Positions 25,443-36,354 of a stretch of 51,751 bases of DNA are shown here, piece after piece. Numbering within the stretch: the stretch's first letter is position 1; every line of letters begins with the position of its first letter. Source of the DNA: an uncultured Chitinophagaceae bacterium (GTDB lineage Bacteria; Bacteroidota; Bacteroidia; Chitinophagales; Chitinophagaceae); assembly GCA_937897585.1 (NCBI GenBank), contig CALCNY010000187.1, positions 1 to 51,751 on the forward strand, in the 5' to 3' direction. The notes beneath the pieces were generated by a model that worked only from the letters and a program-made list of their open reading frames with translations, was not told the DNA's origin and made no database searches. The position numbers and the translations under genes are program-made.

Positions 25443-26594
25443 TTGTATAGAAAATTAACTGCAGACCAGATTTTTAACGGATACGAACTTTTACCCCAAG
25501 GTTCAGTATTGATTTTAGAAAAAAATGGCACTATCGTCGATATCGTAAATGAAGCTGAAGCCGGCGATGGTATTGAGCTTCATGAAGGAATGTTATCGCC
25601 CGGTTTTATCAATTGCCATTGCCATTTGGAGTTGTCGCATATGAGAGGAAAAGTGCCCAAACATACGGGTTTGATTGATTTCTTGTTGAAAATAGTATCA
25701 GAAAGACAGGCCACTTCTGAAGAAATCCAATCAGCTATCGAAAATGCCGAAAATGAAATGTTACAAAACGGCATTGTGGCGGTTGGAGACATTTGCAATA
25801 CTACAAATACGATAACGCAAAAGTCAAAATCCAATTTACATTATCATAATTTTATTGAAGTAGCAGGATTTCCTGAAGCAATTGCCGACAAACGGTTCAA
25901 TGCTATTTTGGATGTTTATAATGAATTTTCAAAAATTTCGAAATACAATTCCATTGTTCCTCATGCACCTTATTCTGTATCGGCTTCATTGCTTGAAAAA
26001 ATAACTTCATTTCCAGGCAATAACATCATGACCATGCACAATCAGGAAACGCTTGCTGAAAATGAGTTGTATGAAAAAATGGAAGGAGATTTCTTACAAT
26101 TTTATCAGCAACTGAAAATACCTGTAGATAGTTTTTCTACACTAGGTAAAAGCAGCTTGCAACATTTTTTACCATATTTCAATTTTAATCATCCATTGAT
26201 TTTGGTGCATAATGTTTTTATAAAACAAGAAGATATCAGTTATGCAAAAACGGTTTATGATATTGAAAATTCGTCTTTATTTTTTTGTTTGTGCCCACAT
26301 GCCAACCAATATATCAGCAACAAGTTACCAGTTGTAGATATGTTTGTAAATAATGGGATGAATCTGGTTTTGGGAACAGATAGTCTCGCTTCAAACGATC
26401 AGTTAAGTATCTGGGAAGAAATCAAATTATTGCAACAGCATTTTCCTCATATTTCAATAACAGAAATGCTGAAATGGGCTACGATCAATGGCGCCAGGGC
26501 TTTGAAGATAGACGACATCTATGGTAGTTTTGAAAAAGGCAAAAGGCCGGGAGTAGTGTTGATTGGGGAGGATGGAGAATGTGGCCCCCTTTAA
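25443..26594 (+). CDS. Amidohydrolase family protein (SsnA/aminodeoxyfutalosine deaminase-like)
   Basis: PGFINCHCHLELS, PHAPYS, HNQE, LVH, LGTDSLASN, ATINGARAL. Confidence 0.85.
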   Translation: MYRKLTADQIFNGYELLPQGSVLILEKNGTIVDIVNEAEAGDGIELHEGMLSPGFINCHCHLELSHMRGKVPKHTGLIDFLLKIVSERQATSEEIQSAIENAENEMLQNGIVAVGDICNTTNTITQKSKSNLHYHNFIEVAGFPEAIADKRFNAILDVYNEFSKISKYNSIVPHAPYSVSASLLEKITSFPGNNIMTMHNQETLAENELYEKMEGDFLQFYQQLKIPVDSFSTLGKSSLQHFLPYFNFNHPLILVHNVFIKQEDISYAKTVYDIENSSLFFCLCPHANQYISNKLPVVDMFVNNGMNLVLGTDSLASNDQLSIWEEIKLLQQHFPHISITEMLKWATINGARALKIDDIYGSFEKGKRPGVVLIGEDGECGPL

Positions 26595-26816
26595 TTCCCC
26601 CGAAGGGGGAAGTTGAAGATGTTTTGATGAACATCATTTCGAAATTATTTCATCATCTAATTAAATTAATTACATTTTTAAATGTAAAATGTAAAATATC
26701 CAATGTAAAATGTAAAAGTGGGATTTTGGAAATGAAACTATCAAAATCTCATGGACAAAAATTCGCGATCATCAAAAAAACATAATCAAAGTCCCCCTTG
26801 GGGGATTTAGGGGGCC
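26583..26816. repeat. Inverted pair of repeat A enclosing module D between convergent genes
   Basis: GGCCCCCTTTAATTCCCCCGAAGGGGGAAG (26583, contains the stop) ... AATGTAAAATGTAAAATATCCAATGTAAAATGTAAAAGTGGGATTT (26681) ... CATAATCAAAGTCCCCCTTGGGGGATTTAGGGGGCC (26781-26816). Confidence 0.88.
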
Positions 26817-26820
26817 ACAC

Positions 26821-27567
26821 TTACCCCAACACCTCCTGCAACACCTTCATCGTTTTCATATGTCCAAAATCTTGAAGATGTAAAGCATAATATTGCTGAT
26901 ATGCAGTAAGCAGTAATTTTCGAATTTCTTTATTGAGTTTTACTTCATTGAGTTCTTCGGGATGGATTACTTTGAGTAATTCTATGGTGTGCTTTGTCAA
27001 TTCGCCCTGAATGAAATAATTATGTATAGGCTTATCTGTAACAAAAACTCCTTCTTTTAAATCAAGATAAATTTCAGATTCGGTTTCTAAGCCAGGTTCG
27101 GGACTTTGGATTTTAAAGCCCATGAATTGAGGCAATTGGAGAGAAAAATACAAGGCAAAATTAGCCGCATCAGCCATTTCTGCTTGGTCTAGAAATAGAA
27201 AACAATCTTCACAGAAACAAAATAATTCATCGTTGGCTTCGGGTTGCTTTAAAGTTTTGGTGAGCAGTTCAATCACATAAACGGCGATACTGTTTTTCAT
27301 CACATCACTGAAAAGTTGCTGATATATAATCTGCCAATTGCATTCTTTTATTCTTTGCATTCCTTTGAGATCATTGTGATACACTTCCATGTCTAATATG
27401 GCGCCGGGCTGCATCATGGCTGCTTTTGAGCCTTTTTTTTGAGTCGTTCTCACACCATTTACCATATAGGTTTGTATGCCGAATTTTTCTGTAAAAATAG
27501 TAGCGACAACGCTCGTTTCGCCATATTTCACCGTTCGTAATACAATACCTTTGGTTTTATGCGTCAT
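26821..27567 (-). CDS. recO: DNA repair protein RecO
   Basis: KTKGIVLRTVKYGETS..IFTEKFG N-terminal OB fold; about 250 aa. Confidence 0.92.
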   Translation of the reverse strand: MTHKTKGIVLRTVKYGETSVVATIFTEKFGIQTYMVNGVRTTQKKGSKAAMMQPGAILDMEVYHNDLKGMQRIKECNWQIIYQQLFSDVMKNSIAVYVIELLTKTLKQPEANDELFCFCEDCFLFLDQAEMADAANFALYFSLQLPQFMGFKIQSPEPGLETESEIYLDLKEGVFVTDKPIHNYFIQGELTKHTIELLKVIHPEELNEVKLNKEIRKLLLTAYQQYYALHLQDFGHMKTMKVLQEVLG

Positions 27568-27648
27568 GAATTTATTTCTTGCTGTTTTTTATAAATAAAC
27601 TTTCTTTGCACAATAATAATCATTCCCACTCATCAATATCAGAAAATT

Positions 27649-29976
27649 ATGTGGCAACAGTTGGCAAAATTCGTACTTAAAAACAGATTGATTTTACTTT
27701 GTTTACTCTTGTTGACCACAGTTTGGATGGGCTATTATGCATCTAAAGTAAAATTGAGTTATGAATTTGCCAGAGCCATTCCTACCGACAATCCTAAGTA
27801 TAAAGAATACATGTCATTCAAGCAATTGTTTGGTGATGATGGCAACATGCTGGTTATTGGTGTTCAGACTAAAGACTTCTTCAATCAGAAAAAATTTATA
27901 TCTTACCAGGAACTTCAACACGAAATCAAAAAAGTACATTGCGTAGAAGATGTACTTAGTGTTCCCGTTGCCGTTATGCTGGTAAAAGACAGCATAGAAG
28001 AAAAGCTTATCTCTAAAAAAATATTCGCCGATCATTACAGCAATCAGTCTGAATTAGACAGCGCTGCTGCGGTATTTATGAATCTCCCCTTTTACAAAAC
28101 ATTGCTCTACAACCCTGATTCGGCTGCTTATGTGATGGCGGTTAAAATAAATAAAGATTCATTGAATTCACCTGCAAGGGTTAAAATAGTTGATGGCATC
28201 ATGAAGGCAACGTCAACGTATGAACGAAATTCAGGTATTGAAGTTCACTTGAGTGGACTTCCCTTAATAAGAACCGTTATTGCAGAAAGAATTCAGAAAG
28301 AAATGAAATTGTTTTTGTGGGGATCTTTATTGTTAAGTGTGTTGATACTTTTTATTTTCTTCCGTTCTATTAGTACTACTTTGATTTCAATGAGTGTGGT
28401 AGTTATAGGTGTTATCTGGACTGTAGCTATGATTTATTTGTGCGGCTACAAAATCACTTTGTTAACGGCATTGATTCCTTCTTTGGTAGTGGTGATTGGT
28501 ATTCCCAATTGTATTTACTTTATTAATAAGTATCACACTTCCTATCTGAGCAGCCATGAAACCAACGAAAAAGACAGAAAAGAAAAAGCGCTGATTGATA
28601 TGGTTAGTAAAATGGGCGTGGTTACTTTATTTTGCAACATCACTGCTGCTATTGGATTTGCGGTTTTCGCCCTTACCAAAAGCGCAGTTTTAAAGGAGTT
28701 TGGTGTGGTTTCGGGTATCAGCATCATGTTCATATTCGTGATTTCATTTGTGCTGTTGCCCTCTGTTTTAAGTTATTTGCCTGTACCAGGAAAACAACAA
28801 TTGAAATATCTCGACAACAAATGGGTATTAACTTTCTTGAATAAAGTAGAGACATGGGTTTTCAACCATAGAAAAACAATTTTAATGATTACTTCTTTGG
28901 TAATACTAATTTCTATCGGAGGAATTCTCAGATTAAAGTCTGTTGCTTACATAGTAGACGACTTACCTAAAACAGACAAAATTTATAAAGATTTAAAATT
29001 CTTCGAAAGGAATTTCAAAGGCATAATGCCATTAGAAATTGTCATTGATTCCAAAAAGAGGAGAGGACTTCGTGGCTTAAAACCCTTTTACAAAGTGGAT
29101 TCTCTAGCTATGTACATTGCTTCCAAAAAAGAAATGAACCGACCGCTAACTTTATCAGAAGGATTAAAATTTGCTACCATGGGATTCAACGATAATGATT
29201 CCAACAATTATCGAATGCCAGGAGATTTTGAGGCTGTTTTTCTGAATGATTATTTGAATCAGAAAAATCAAAATAGTAAAGGTGGTTTGTCGAAAATGCT
29301 CAGTTCATTTATAGATACCAGCAAACGTTACACCAGAATCAGCGTAAGTATGGCAGATGTTGGAACAGAAAAGTTGCCTGTTATTATGGATGATATCCAG
29401 CAAAAAGCCAATCAATATTTTGATACAGCCAATTTTAAAGTATCATTAACCGGAACCAGTATTACTTTTCAGGAAGGTAGCAGATTCATCATCAAAGGTT
29501 TGAAAGAAAGCATCTTCTGGGCATTTTTATTGATTGCTTTATGTATGCTCTATTTATTCAAGTCTTTCAAAATATTGGTATGTTCATTATTGCCCAATTT
29601 GATTCCACTTGTCGTTACAGCAGGCGTAATGGGTTGGGCGGGTATTCCGTTGAAACCTTCTACAGTATTGGTTTTTAGTGTTGCCTTAGGAATTGCTGTT
29701 GACATCACCATACGCTTCCTGGTGAATTATCGTCAGGTGTTACCATTTCACAATGGTGATGTACAAATGACAGTTAGAAGTACAGTACAACAAACCGGGT
29801 TGAGTATTATTTACACTTCTTTGGTACTAACAGCAGGTTTTATCATATTCTGCGCAAGTAGTTTTGGCGGCACTTTTGCCTTAGGTTGGTTAACTTCAGT
29901 TACTTTATTTGTAGCTACTATTACCAATTTGATATTTCTTCCTGTGCTTTTGCTGTTGTTGAATAAGAAAAAATAG
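27649..29976 (+). CDS. MMPL/RND family transporter
   Basis: Two repeats of 1 TM + periplasmic domain + 5 TM; TAAIGF, GIAVDITI, TSLVLTAGF. Confidence 0.88.
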   Translation: MWQQLAKFVLKNRLILLCLLLLTTVWMGYYASKVKLSYEFARAIPTDNPKYKEYMSFKQLFGDDGNMLVIGVQTKDFFNQKKFISYQELQHEIKKVHCVEDVLSVPVAVMLVKDSIEEKLISKKIFADHYSNQSELDSAAAVFMNLPFYKTLLYNPDSAAYVMAVKINKDSLNSPARVKIVDGIMKATSTYERNSGIEVHLSGLPLIRTVIAERIQKEMKLFLWGSLLLSVLILFIFFRSISTTLISMSVVVIGVIWTVAMIYLCGYKITLLTALIPSLVVVIGIPNCIYFINKYHTSYLSSHETNEKDRKEKALIDMVSKMGVVTLFCNITAAIGFAVFALTKSAVLKEFGVVSGISIMFIFVISFVLLPSVLSYLPVPGKQQLKYLDNKWVLTFLNKVETWVFNHRKTILMITSLVILISIGGILRLKSVAYIVDDLPKTDKIYKDLKFFERNFKGIMPLEIVIDSKKRRGLRGLKPFYKVDSLAMYIASKKEMNRPLTLSEGLKFATMGFNDNDSNNYRMPGDFEAVFLNDYLNQKNQNSKGGLSKMLSSFIDTSKRYTRISVSMADVGTEKLPVIMDDIQQKANQYFDTANFKVSLTGTSITFQEGSRFIIKGLKESIFWAFLLIALCMLYLFKSFKILVCSLLPNLIPLVVTAGVMGWAGIPLKPSTVLVFSVALGIAVDITIRFLVNYRQVLPFHNGDVQMTVRSTVQQTGLSIIYTSLVLTAGFIIFCASSFGGTFALGWLTSVTLFVATITNLIFLPVLLLLLNKKK

Positions 29977-30079
29977 GCTGGATAAAAAAAATTATTTATT
30001 GTGAAAATTTTCATAATTTTCCAAATAGACTATTTTTAAATCTATATAATAAACCATCAATTTTAAACCATCAATTATC

Positions 30080-33000
30080 ATGAGAAAATTTCTTCTGCTA
30101 TTTTCTATGTATTTATGCTTGATGACAGTTGCCAATGCGCAAGTAATCATTAAGGGTAAAGTTACAGACTCAAAAGACGGACAGCCACTATCCGGAGTAT
30201 CCGTTAAGTTAACAAGCAAAGCCGGGGGCACATCTACAGCCAATGACGGTACCTATTCTATCGAACTTACCAAAAAAGAAGGCAAGCTCGAATTTAGTTA
30301 CAATGGCTATGCTTCACAAACAGTGAAACTTGCTTCTGCAGGTGCTACTGTAGATGTGAAGTTGGTGCTTGAAACCAAAGCCATGACTGAAGTTGTGGTT
30401 ACCGCTCTTGGTATTAAGAGAGAAAAGAAAGCATTAGGTTATGGTGTATCAACGGTTTCTAAAAAAGACCTTGAATTAAGACCAGAAGGTGATATCGCTC
30501 GTGTATTGAGTGGTAAAGCTGCAGGTGTAACGATTACCAATTCAAGTGGTTTGTCTGGTAGTGGTACTAATATTACAGTAAGAGCTATCAGTACCATTAC
30601 AGGTAGTTCAACACCATTGTTTGTTGTTGATGGTGTTCCATTTAATGGTGAAACCAATTCTAACTCAAGCTTCGTGTATGGCAACCAAACTTCAAGTCGT
30701 TTTCTTGATTTGGATCCTAACAATATTGAAAGTGTAAGCATCTTGAAAGGATTAAGTGCGACCACACTATATGGCGAAAATGGTAGAAATGGTGTTATCT
30801 TAATTACCACTAAAAATGGTGGTGGTGTAAAACCTGCTCAAAAAACAGAGATTACTGTTTCTCAATCTTATTTTGCTAATAACGTTGCCAACCTGCCTGA
30901 GTATAACACGAAATATGGCGGCGGTTTTGATTTGAGCAATGGCGTTACTTTTTATAGTAACTGGGGTGGATTGTTCTCAAATCCTCCGGTACAAGTAAGA
31001 CATCCATATGACAGACCATCATTGAATGTGGCTTTCCCACAGTATGTTGGTGCTTTGTATGATTACAAAAAATATGAGAGCGTAAGCAACTTCTTCAGAA
31101 AAGGTTCTGTTAGCAACACTTCAGTAAATGTTGGCGGTTCTAACGGAACAACTACTTTTTCTGCAAACTTCAGCTACTTGAATGATGTTGGTTTTACCAT
31201 CGGTAACGAAATGACTAAGTCTACATTTGGTGCCGGCGGAACAACCAAACTTTCTAATAAATTTACTTTGTCTGGTACATTCAACTATGTAATGACTGGT
31301 GTAAAAGCACCTCCAACTTCTACCAGCTTTGGTAGTGGTTCAAGCCAAACTTCGGTATTTGGCGATGTATTGTACACACCAACTTCAGTGGATTTAATGG
31401 GATTGCCTTATGAAAATCCTTTGGATCACTCTCAAGTTTATTACAGATCAGCAAATGATATTCAAAACCCACGCTGGACTTTATATAACTCATTCACAGA
31501 AGATAATGTAAACAGATCTTTTGGTAATCTTCAATTGAAATACGACGTAATGAAAGGTCTTAACCTTGGTTACAGAGTTGGATTCGATAATTACACAGAA
31601 AATCAATTGTATGCTCAAAACAAAGGTGGCGATATCAATCCTGATGGCATCATGAGAACTTCTACAGGTATCAATACCATTCTTGATCAAAACTTCTATG
31701 GTGCTTACAATAAAGATTTGAATAACAAATGGAAATTGAATCTTGATGGTGGTTTGAACATCAGAAATGATATCTACAAACAAGATGGTATTACTAGCAC
31801 TCAACAATTGGTTTACGGACTTTTAAATCATACCAATTTCGTAAATCATTTGGCTACAAGTGAAAGTGGAACTGCTTTAGGATATAAACAAGAAACTCAA
31901 ACTGTTGGTTTGTATTTACAAAGTGGGTTCAGCTATAGCGACTATTTATATTTCACTGTGGGTGGTCGTCAGGGTTGGACTTCAACTTTGGAAAAAGACA
32001 ACAGAGGCATTTTTTATCCAAGTGTGAGTGCTTCGTTTATTCCAACTTCAGTTGTAAATGCGCTTAAAGACAACAAATACATCAATTATTTAAAATTAAG
32101 AGCGGGATATGCTACAAGTGCTGAATTCCCTGGCCCTTATAACACCAGACCATCATTGGATATTAATACCAAAGTATTTGTAAATGGTGGAAATACTTCA
32201 ATCAATACCAACGCTATTTCAAATACATTACCTAATCCAAATTTAAAACCTGCTTTAATAAAAGAATTTGAATTTGGATTGGAAGGTAAAGTGCTGAACA
32301 ACAGAGGTAATTTTGATTTATCAGTTTATAATAGACAAGCAAAAGATCAATTGTTAAACAGAGATTTAGATCCTTCTACTGGATTTACTTCTCAAAAAAT
32401 CAATGCTGGTAATGTTACCAATAAAGGAATCGAACTTAGTTTAGGCTATACCGTTATCAAAAACAAAAATTGGAAATGGCAGTTGGATGGTTTGTATTCA
32501 AGAAACAGAAGTAAAGTTTCTGATATCCCTGCTGACTTGAAAGAAATCAGAACAAGTGGATATACTAATTTAGGAACATTTGCCATCAATGGCCAGCCTT
32601 TAGGTGTAATTAAAGGAACTGCTTATGTTAGAGATGCAAAAGGTAATAGAGTTGTAGGAACTGACGGAAATTACATACTTGAAAATCAAGTTAGTATTTT
32701 AGGTGATCCTAATCCTGATTATAGAATGACTGGAATAAGTACATTGAGCTACAAACAATTCTCTTTCAGAGTACAAGCAGACTTTACTCATGGAGGTGAT
32801 ATGTATTCAGCAACATCAAGTGTGTTGGTAGGTAGAGGTGTAACAAGAGATACAGAATTTGACAGAGCATTGGGTTATATTTTACCTGGTGTAAAAGCTG
32901 ATGGAACTCCAAATGATATTCAAATCAGTGCCACTCAAGCTTACTTCAGCAATTCAGTTGCAGGAAGTGCTGCAGATGAACCAGGAATTTTTGATGCCAC

Positions 33001-33250
33001 TTGCTTTAGATTAAGAGAGGCTTCTCTTTCTTACAGCATGCCACAAGAAGCATTGAAAAAATTACCATTCGGATCTGTTTCATTTACAATCAGTGGAACG
33101 AACCTTTGGTATTATGCTCCTAACTTCCCTAAATATGTACATTTCGATCCTGAAACTTCAGGCTTGGGTGTTAGTAACGGAAGAGGTCTTGAATTCATCA
33201 CTGGACCTTCATCAAGAAGAATTGGTGCAAGTATCAGAGTAACTTTTTAA
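30080..33250 (+). CDS. SusC/RagA family TonB-dependent receptor
   Basis: CarboxypepD-reg-like N-terminus, EVVVTALGI, PLFVVDGVP, IESVSILKG..LYG..GRNGVILITTK, C-terminal Phe. Confidence 0.95.
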   Translation: MRKFLLLFSMYLCLMTVANAQVIIKGKVTDSKDGQPLSGVSVKLTSKAGGTSTANDGTYSIELTKKEGKLEFSYNGYASQTVKLASAGATVDVKLVLETKAMTEVVVTALGIKREKKALGYGVSTVSKKDLELRPEGDIARVLSGKAAGVTITNSSGLSGSGTNITVRAISTITGSSTPLFVVDGVPFNGETNSNSSFVYGNQTSSRFLDLDPNNIESVSILKGLSATTLYGENGRNGVILITTKNGGGVKPAQKTEITVSQSYFANNVANLPEYNTKYGGGFDLSNGVTFYSNWGGLFSNPPVQVRHPYDRPSLNVAFPQYVGALYDYKKYESVSNFFRKGSVSNTSVNVGGSNGTTTFSANFSYLNDVGFTIGNEMTKSTFGAGGTTKLSNKFTLSGTFNYVMTGVKAPPTSTSFGSGSSQTSVFGDVLYTPTSVDLMGLPYENPLDHSQVYYRSANDIQNPRWTLYNSFTEDNVNRSFGNLQLKYDVMKGLNLGYRVGFDNYTENQLYAQNKGGDINPDGIMRTSTGINTILDQNFYGAYNKDLNNKWKLNLDGGLNIRNDIYKQDGITSTQQLVYGLLNHTNFVNHLATSESGTALGYKQETQTVGLYLQSGFSYSDYLYFTVGGRQGWTSTLEKDNRGIFYPSVSASFIPTSVVNALKDNKYINYLKLRAGYATSAEFPGPYNTRPSLDINTKVFVNGGNTSINTNAISNTLPNPNLKPALIKEFEFGLEGKVLNNRGNFDLSVYNRQAKDQLLNRDLDPSTGFTSQKINAGNVTNKGIELSLGYTVIKNKNWKWQLDGLYSRNRSKVSDIPADLKEIRTSGYTNLGTFAINGQPLGVIKGTAYVRDAKGNRVVGTDGNYILENQVSILGDPNPDYRMTGISTLSYKQFSFRVQADFTHGGDMYSATSSVLVGRGVTRDTEFDRALGYILPGVKADGTPNDIQISATQAYFSNSVAGSAADEPGIFDATCFRLREASLSYSMPQEALKKLPFGSVSFTISGTNLWYYAPNFPKYVHFDPETSGLGVSNGRGLEFITGPSSRRIGASIRVTF

Positions 33251-33280
33251 TGAATAGTATCACTTAATAAAATTAATAAA

Positions 33281-34969
33281 ATGAAAATATATAAATTAAT
33301 ACTAGGAATTGTCTTGGTGAGTTCATTAGGAGCTTGCAAGAAAATGGATAGTTTACTAGATAATCCAAATTCAATCAGTCCAAATCAAGCGAATGTTGAT
33401 TTATTGCTGAATCAATCACAAATATCATTCACAGGTGTATATACATCACTTAGTGATTATGGTGCAGAATTAACACGCCAGCAAGTGATGTTCGGTCCTT
33501 TGTATAGCAATGCTTACCAACCCACTTCATTTGATGGTGTTTGGGACAATGCTTATACAGGCGTTATCAAAAATATCAATACTTTAATTCCATTGGCTTT
33601 GCAACAGAAAAAATACAAGCATGCAGGTATGGCTCAAGTGTTGAAGGCTTATACTTTAGGAAGCATGGTTGATTTCTTTGGAGATATTCCTAACAGTGAA
33701 TCTATTTTAGGTGTAGATAATTTGAATCCTAAAGCAGATGCGGGCGCTACTGTTTATCAAACTGTAATTACTTTATTAGATAGTGCTATCAGCAATTTTG
33801 ATAAGGCAGGAAGTGCTGCAGGTCCAACAGATGATTTGTTTTATAACGGAAATTATGCGAATTGGTCAACTGCAGCCAAAACCTTGAAATTGAAATTTTT
33901 AATGCAAACAAGATTGGTGAATCCTGGTGTAAGTGCACAGATTGATCAATTAATTTCTGATGGAGATTTGATTTCAAGTGCAGCACAAGATTTTGTTTTC
34001 AAATATTCTACAGTAAACAATTCTCCTGATAGTCGCCATCCACACTATGCAAGAAATTACAACAATGCAAGTACGGGCTCTAATAGCGTAAGAGATTATA
34101 TTGGCACTTATTTTATGTGGGCATTGGCGTATGAAAAATCAGGCGGTGCATTATCAGGCTTGGATCCAAGACGTCGTTTTTATTTGTATCGTCAAAGAAC
34201 AAACTATGCTGATGTAAATGAAAATAGTTGTCCTTGTGCGTTTCAGGTAACACCGGGTCATTTCCCAACAGGAATGCCATTCTGTTTACCAGGTTCAAGT
34301 GGCGGTTATTGGGGAAGAGATCATGGAGACAATACAGGTATTCCTCCAGATCAACCTTCAAGAACAACTTGGGGTGTGTATCCTGCTGGTGGCGAATTTG
34401 ATGCCAGTCAAGCAACTTCAGTTAACAACACAAGAGGTGGAAAAGGCGCAGGTATTGATCCAATCTGGATGTCATTTTTTACAAATTTCATGATGGCAGA
34501 AGCGGCTTTAGAAATGGGAATTACAACTGGTGGAGATGCCAGAACTTTATTGGAAGCCGGTGTAAGAGCGTCTATTTCTAAAGTATTAGGTTTCCCTTCT
34601 ACAGTAGGCGTTACTGTTCCAACAAATCTTATTCCTTCAAACAATGCTATCAACACTTACGTAACAACAGTTATGGATGCTTATGATGCTGCTGCTAGTG
34701 ATGCAGAGCGTTTAAGTATTATTGAAAAAGAATACTATTTAGCAGCTTGGGGAAATGGTATCGAGCCATATAACAATTACAGAAGAACTGGTTATCCAGA
34801 TAATTTACAGTTAAATGTTTCATCAGCAACTCCTGGTTATTTTATCAGATCATTATTTTATCCTGCTGTTTACATCAATAGAAATTTAAATGCTCCTGCT
34901 CAAAAAAATCCGGGCGTGGCTGCAGATAAAGTTTTCTGGGATAACAATCCGGATAATTTTGTTCAATAA
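33281..34969 (+). CDS. SusD/RagB family outer-membrane lipoprotein
   Basis: Lipobox SLGAC, DFFGDIP, E.YNNYRRTGYP, KVFWD; directly follows susC. Confidence 0.92.
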   Translation: MKIYKLILGIVLVSSLGACKKMDSLLDNPNSISPNQANVDLLLNQSQISFTGVYTSLSDYGAELTRQQVMFGPLYSNAYQPTSFDGVWDNAYTGVIKNINTLIPLALQQKKYKHAGMAQVLKAYTLGSMVDFFGDIPNSESILGVDNLNPKADAGATVYQTVITLLDSAISNFDKAGSAAGPTDDLFYNGNYANWSTAAKTLKLKFLMQTRLVNPGVSAQIDQLISDGDLISSAAQDFVFKYSTVNNSPDSRHPHYARNYNNASTGSNSVRDYIGTYFMWALAYEKSGGALSGLDPRRRFYLYRQRTNYADVNENSCPCAFQVTPGHFPTGMPFCLPGSSGGYWGRDHGDNTGIPPDQPSRTTWGVYPAGGEFDASQATSVNNTRGGKGAGIDPIWMSFFTNFMMAEAALEMGITTGGDARTLLEAGVRASISKVLGFPSTVGVTVPTNLIPSNNAINTYVTTVMDAYDAAASDAERLSIIEKEYYLAAWGNGIEPYNNYRRTGYPDNLQLNVSSATPGYFIRSLFYPAVYINRNLNAPAQKNPGVAADKVFWDNNPDNFVQ

Positions 34970-35020
34970 TAAAACCAATAGAAAAGCTAAAAAGTAAAAA
35001 TAATTTTTTAAAAAATTCAC

Positions 35021-35899
35021 ATGAAAAAGATATCATTAATCCTCAGTTTGTTTGTTCTGCTTTTCGCCAGCTCATGCAAAAAAACAGACAATCCAAATCC
35101 ATTGTCTGATGTAAAGAATCTTTCTGTAGGTTCTTACCTTACATTAGTTGAAAATGTAAACCTCAATTTTGAATACAATAATCCAGCATCTACAGCTTCT
35201 ATTAAAGTAGGTAAATATGGCTCTCCAATCAGCAAAGTTGTAATCTATGTTGTTGAAGGTGCAAATTCAGATCCTGCGGCATGGCATCAAATCAAAGAAG
35301 TAAATTTTACAGGTGATGGAACTGTTCTTGCTGTTACCAGCCAGGAAGTAGCAACTGCATTAAGCGTAAATGTAAGCGATTTGGCTGCAGGTAATTTCTA
35401 CACTTTTTACAACAAAATCATTACCACGGATGGCAGAACTTTTGACATTTCCAACGCAGGAAATGCTTTGGCTACCAATTCAAATTACAATGCTTGTTTT
35501 CAATGGCAGGCATATATCACTTGTCCATTTGTAGCACCTGTAGGTGGTAATTTCCAAGTGGTTCAAGATGACTGGGTTGATTGGTATCCTGGTGATGTAG
35601 TTAATATAATTGATGGACCAGGCGCTAACCAAATTGATTTGAGTGATGTATGGCCTAATGCGGCAATTGGTAATATCGTTGATCATTTGGTGGTAAATAT
35701 TGATCCTGCAACAGGTACAGCTACTGTTCCGTTTGTAACATTTGGAGATTACGGTGCATTGGCTACGGCTCAAGGTGCTTTTGATAATGATGTTGCGGGT
35801 TATGTGTTCTCTTGTACAGGTTATGTTACGTTGACAATGAAAATAACTTACAATGGTGTGGCTCAGGGTAATTTCAAATTAATATTGCAGAAGTTGTAA
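35021..35899 (+). CDS. Sus-associated lipoprotein (hypothetical)
   Basis: Lipobox ASSC; beta-rich; third gene of the susCD operon. Confidence 0.8.
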   Translation: MKKISLILSLFVLLFASSCKKTDNPNPLSDVKNLSVGSYLTLVENVNLNFEYNNPASTASIKVGKYGSPISKVVIYVVEGANSDPAAWHQIKEVNFTGDGTVLAVTSQEVATALSVNVSDLAAGNFYTFYNKIITTDGRTFDISNAGNALATNSNYNACFQWQAYITCPFVAPVGGNFQVVQDDWVDWYPGDVVNIIDGPGANQIDLSDVWPNAAIGNIVDHLVVNIDPATGTATVPFVTFGDYGALATAQGAFDNDVAGYVFSCTGYVTLTMKITYNGVAQGNFKLILQKL

Positions 35900-35918
35900 T
35901 CAACTTTAAAATTGATAA

Positions 35919-35950
35919 AGAAGACGCCTCCAAGATTGGGGGCGTTTTTT
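35919..35950 (+). terminator. Rho-independent terminator followed by a degenerate repeat A (35954-35990)
   Basis: AAGACGCCTCCAA-GA-TTGGGGGCGTTTTTT. Confidence 0.75.
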
Positions 35951-36038
35951 ATGTGGCCCCTAAATTTCCCCAAGGGTGATTTTGATTATGTTTTGTATTA
36001 TTTCACTGTTGAAATTGAAGTCAATTATTTTTTTAGCT

Positions 36039-36275
36039 CACCGTTAAAATGTAGAAAGAATAGAGTAAGTGTTATTTAACAGAGGGAAAGCGTGAAAAAA
36101 ACGATTTTATTTTATCCCACCATTTAAACGGTGAAAGTAATTGCAGCGGTGTAAAAAACAGAGAGAAAACGTGAAAAAAAACTTATCTATTGTAATCCAC
36201 CGTTTAAATGGTGGGCTAGGATATCCGGTGTAAAAGAACACAAGAAAAAAGTGAAAAAAACGCAAAAAAATCCCT
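36039..36275. repeat. Three degenerate ~80-bp tandem units with a palindromic core
   Basis: CACCRTTTAAAYGGTG-like cores at 36039, 36118 and 36198, each followed by AACA..GAAA..GTGAAAAAAA. Confidence 0.7.
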
Positions 36276-36354
36276 CTCCCCAAAAAAACCTTTTGAACTC
36301 TCAAAATTCCATGTATTTTTGATGTACTAAAAATTTCGTAGTAAAGATTTAAAC

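Noticed and set aside
26579-26785. 68-aa ORF (and similar ORFs at 5500-5685, 41144-41529, 36107-36367)
   Set aside because: Made of intergenic repeat modules with no protein-like features.
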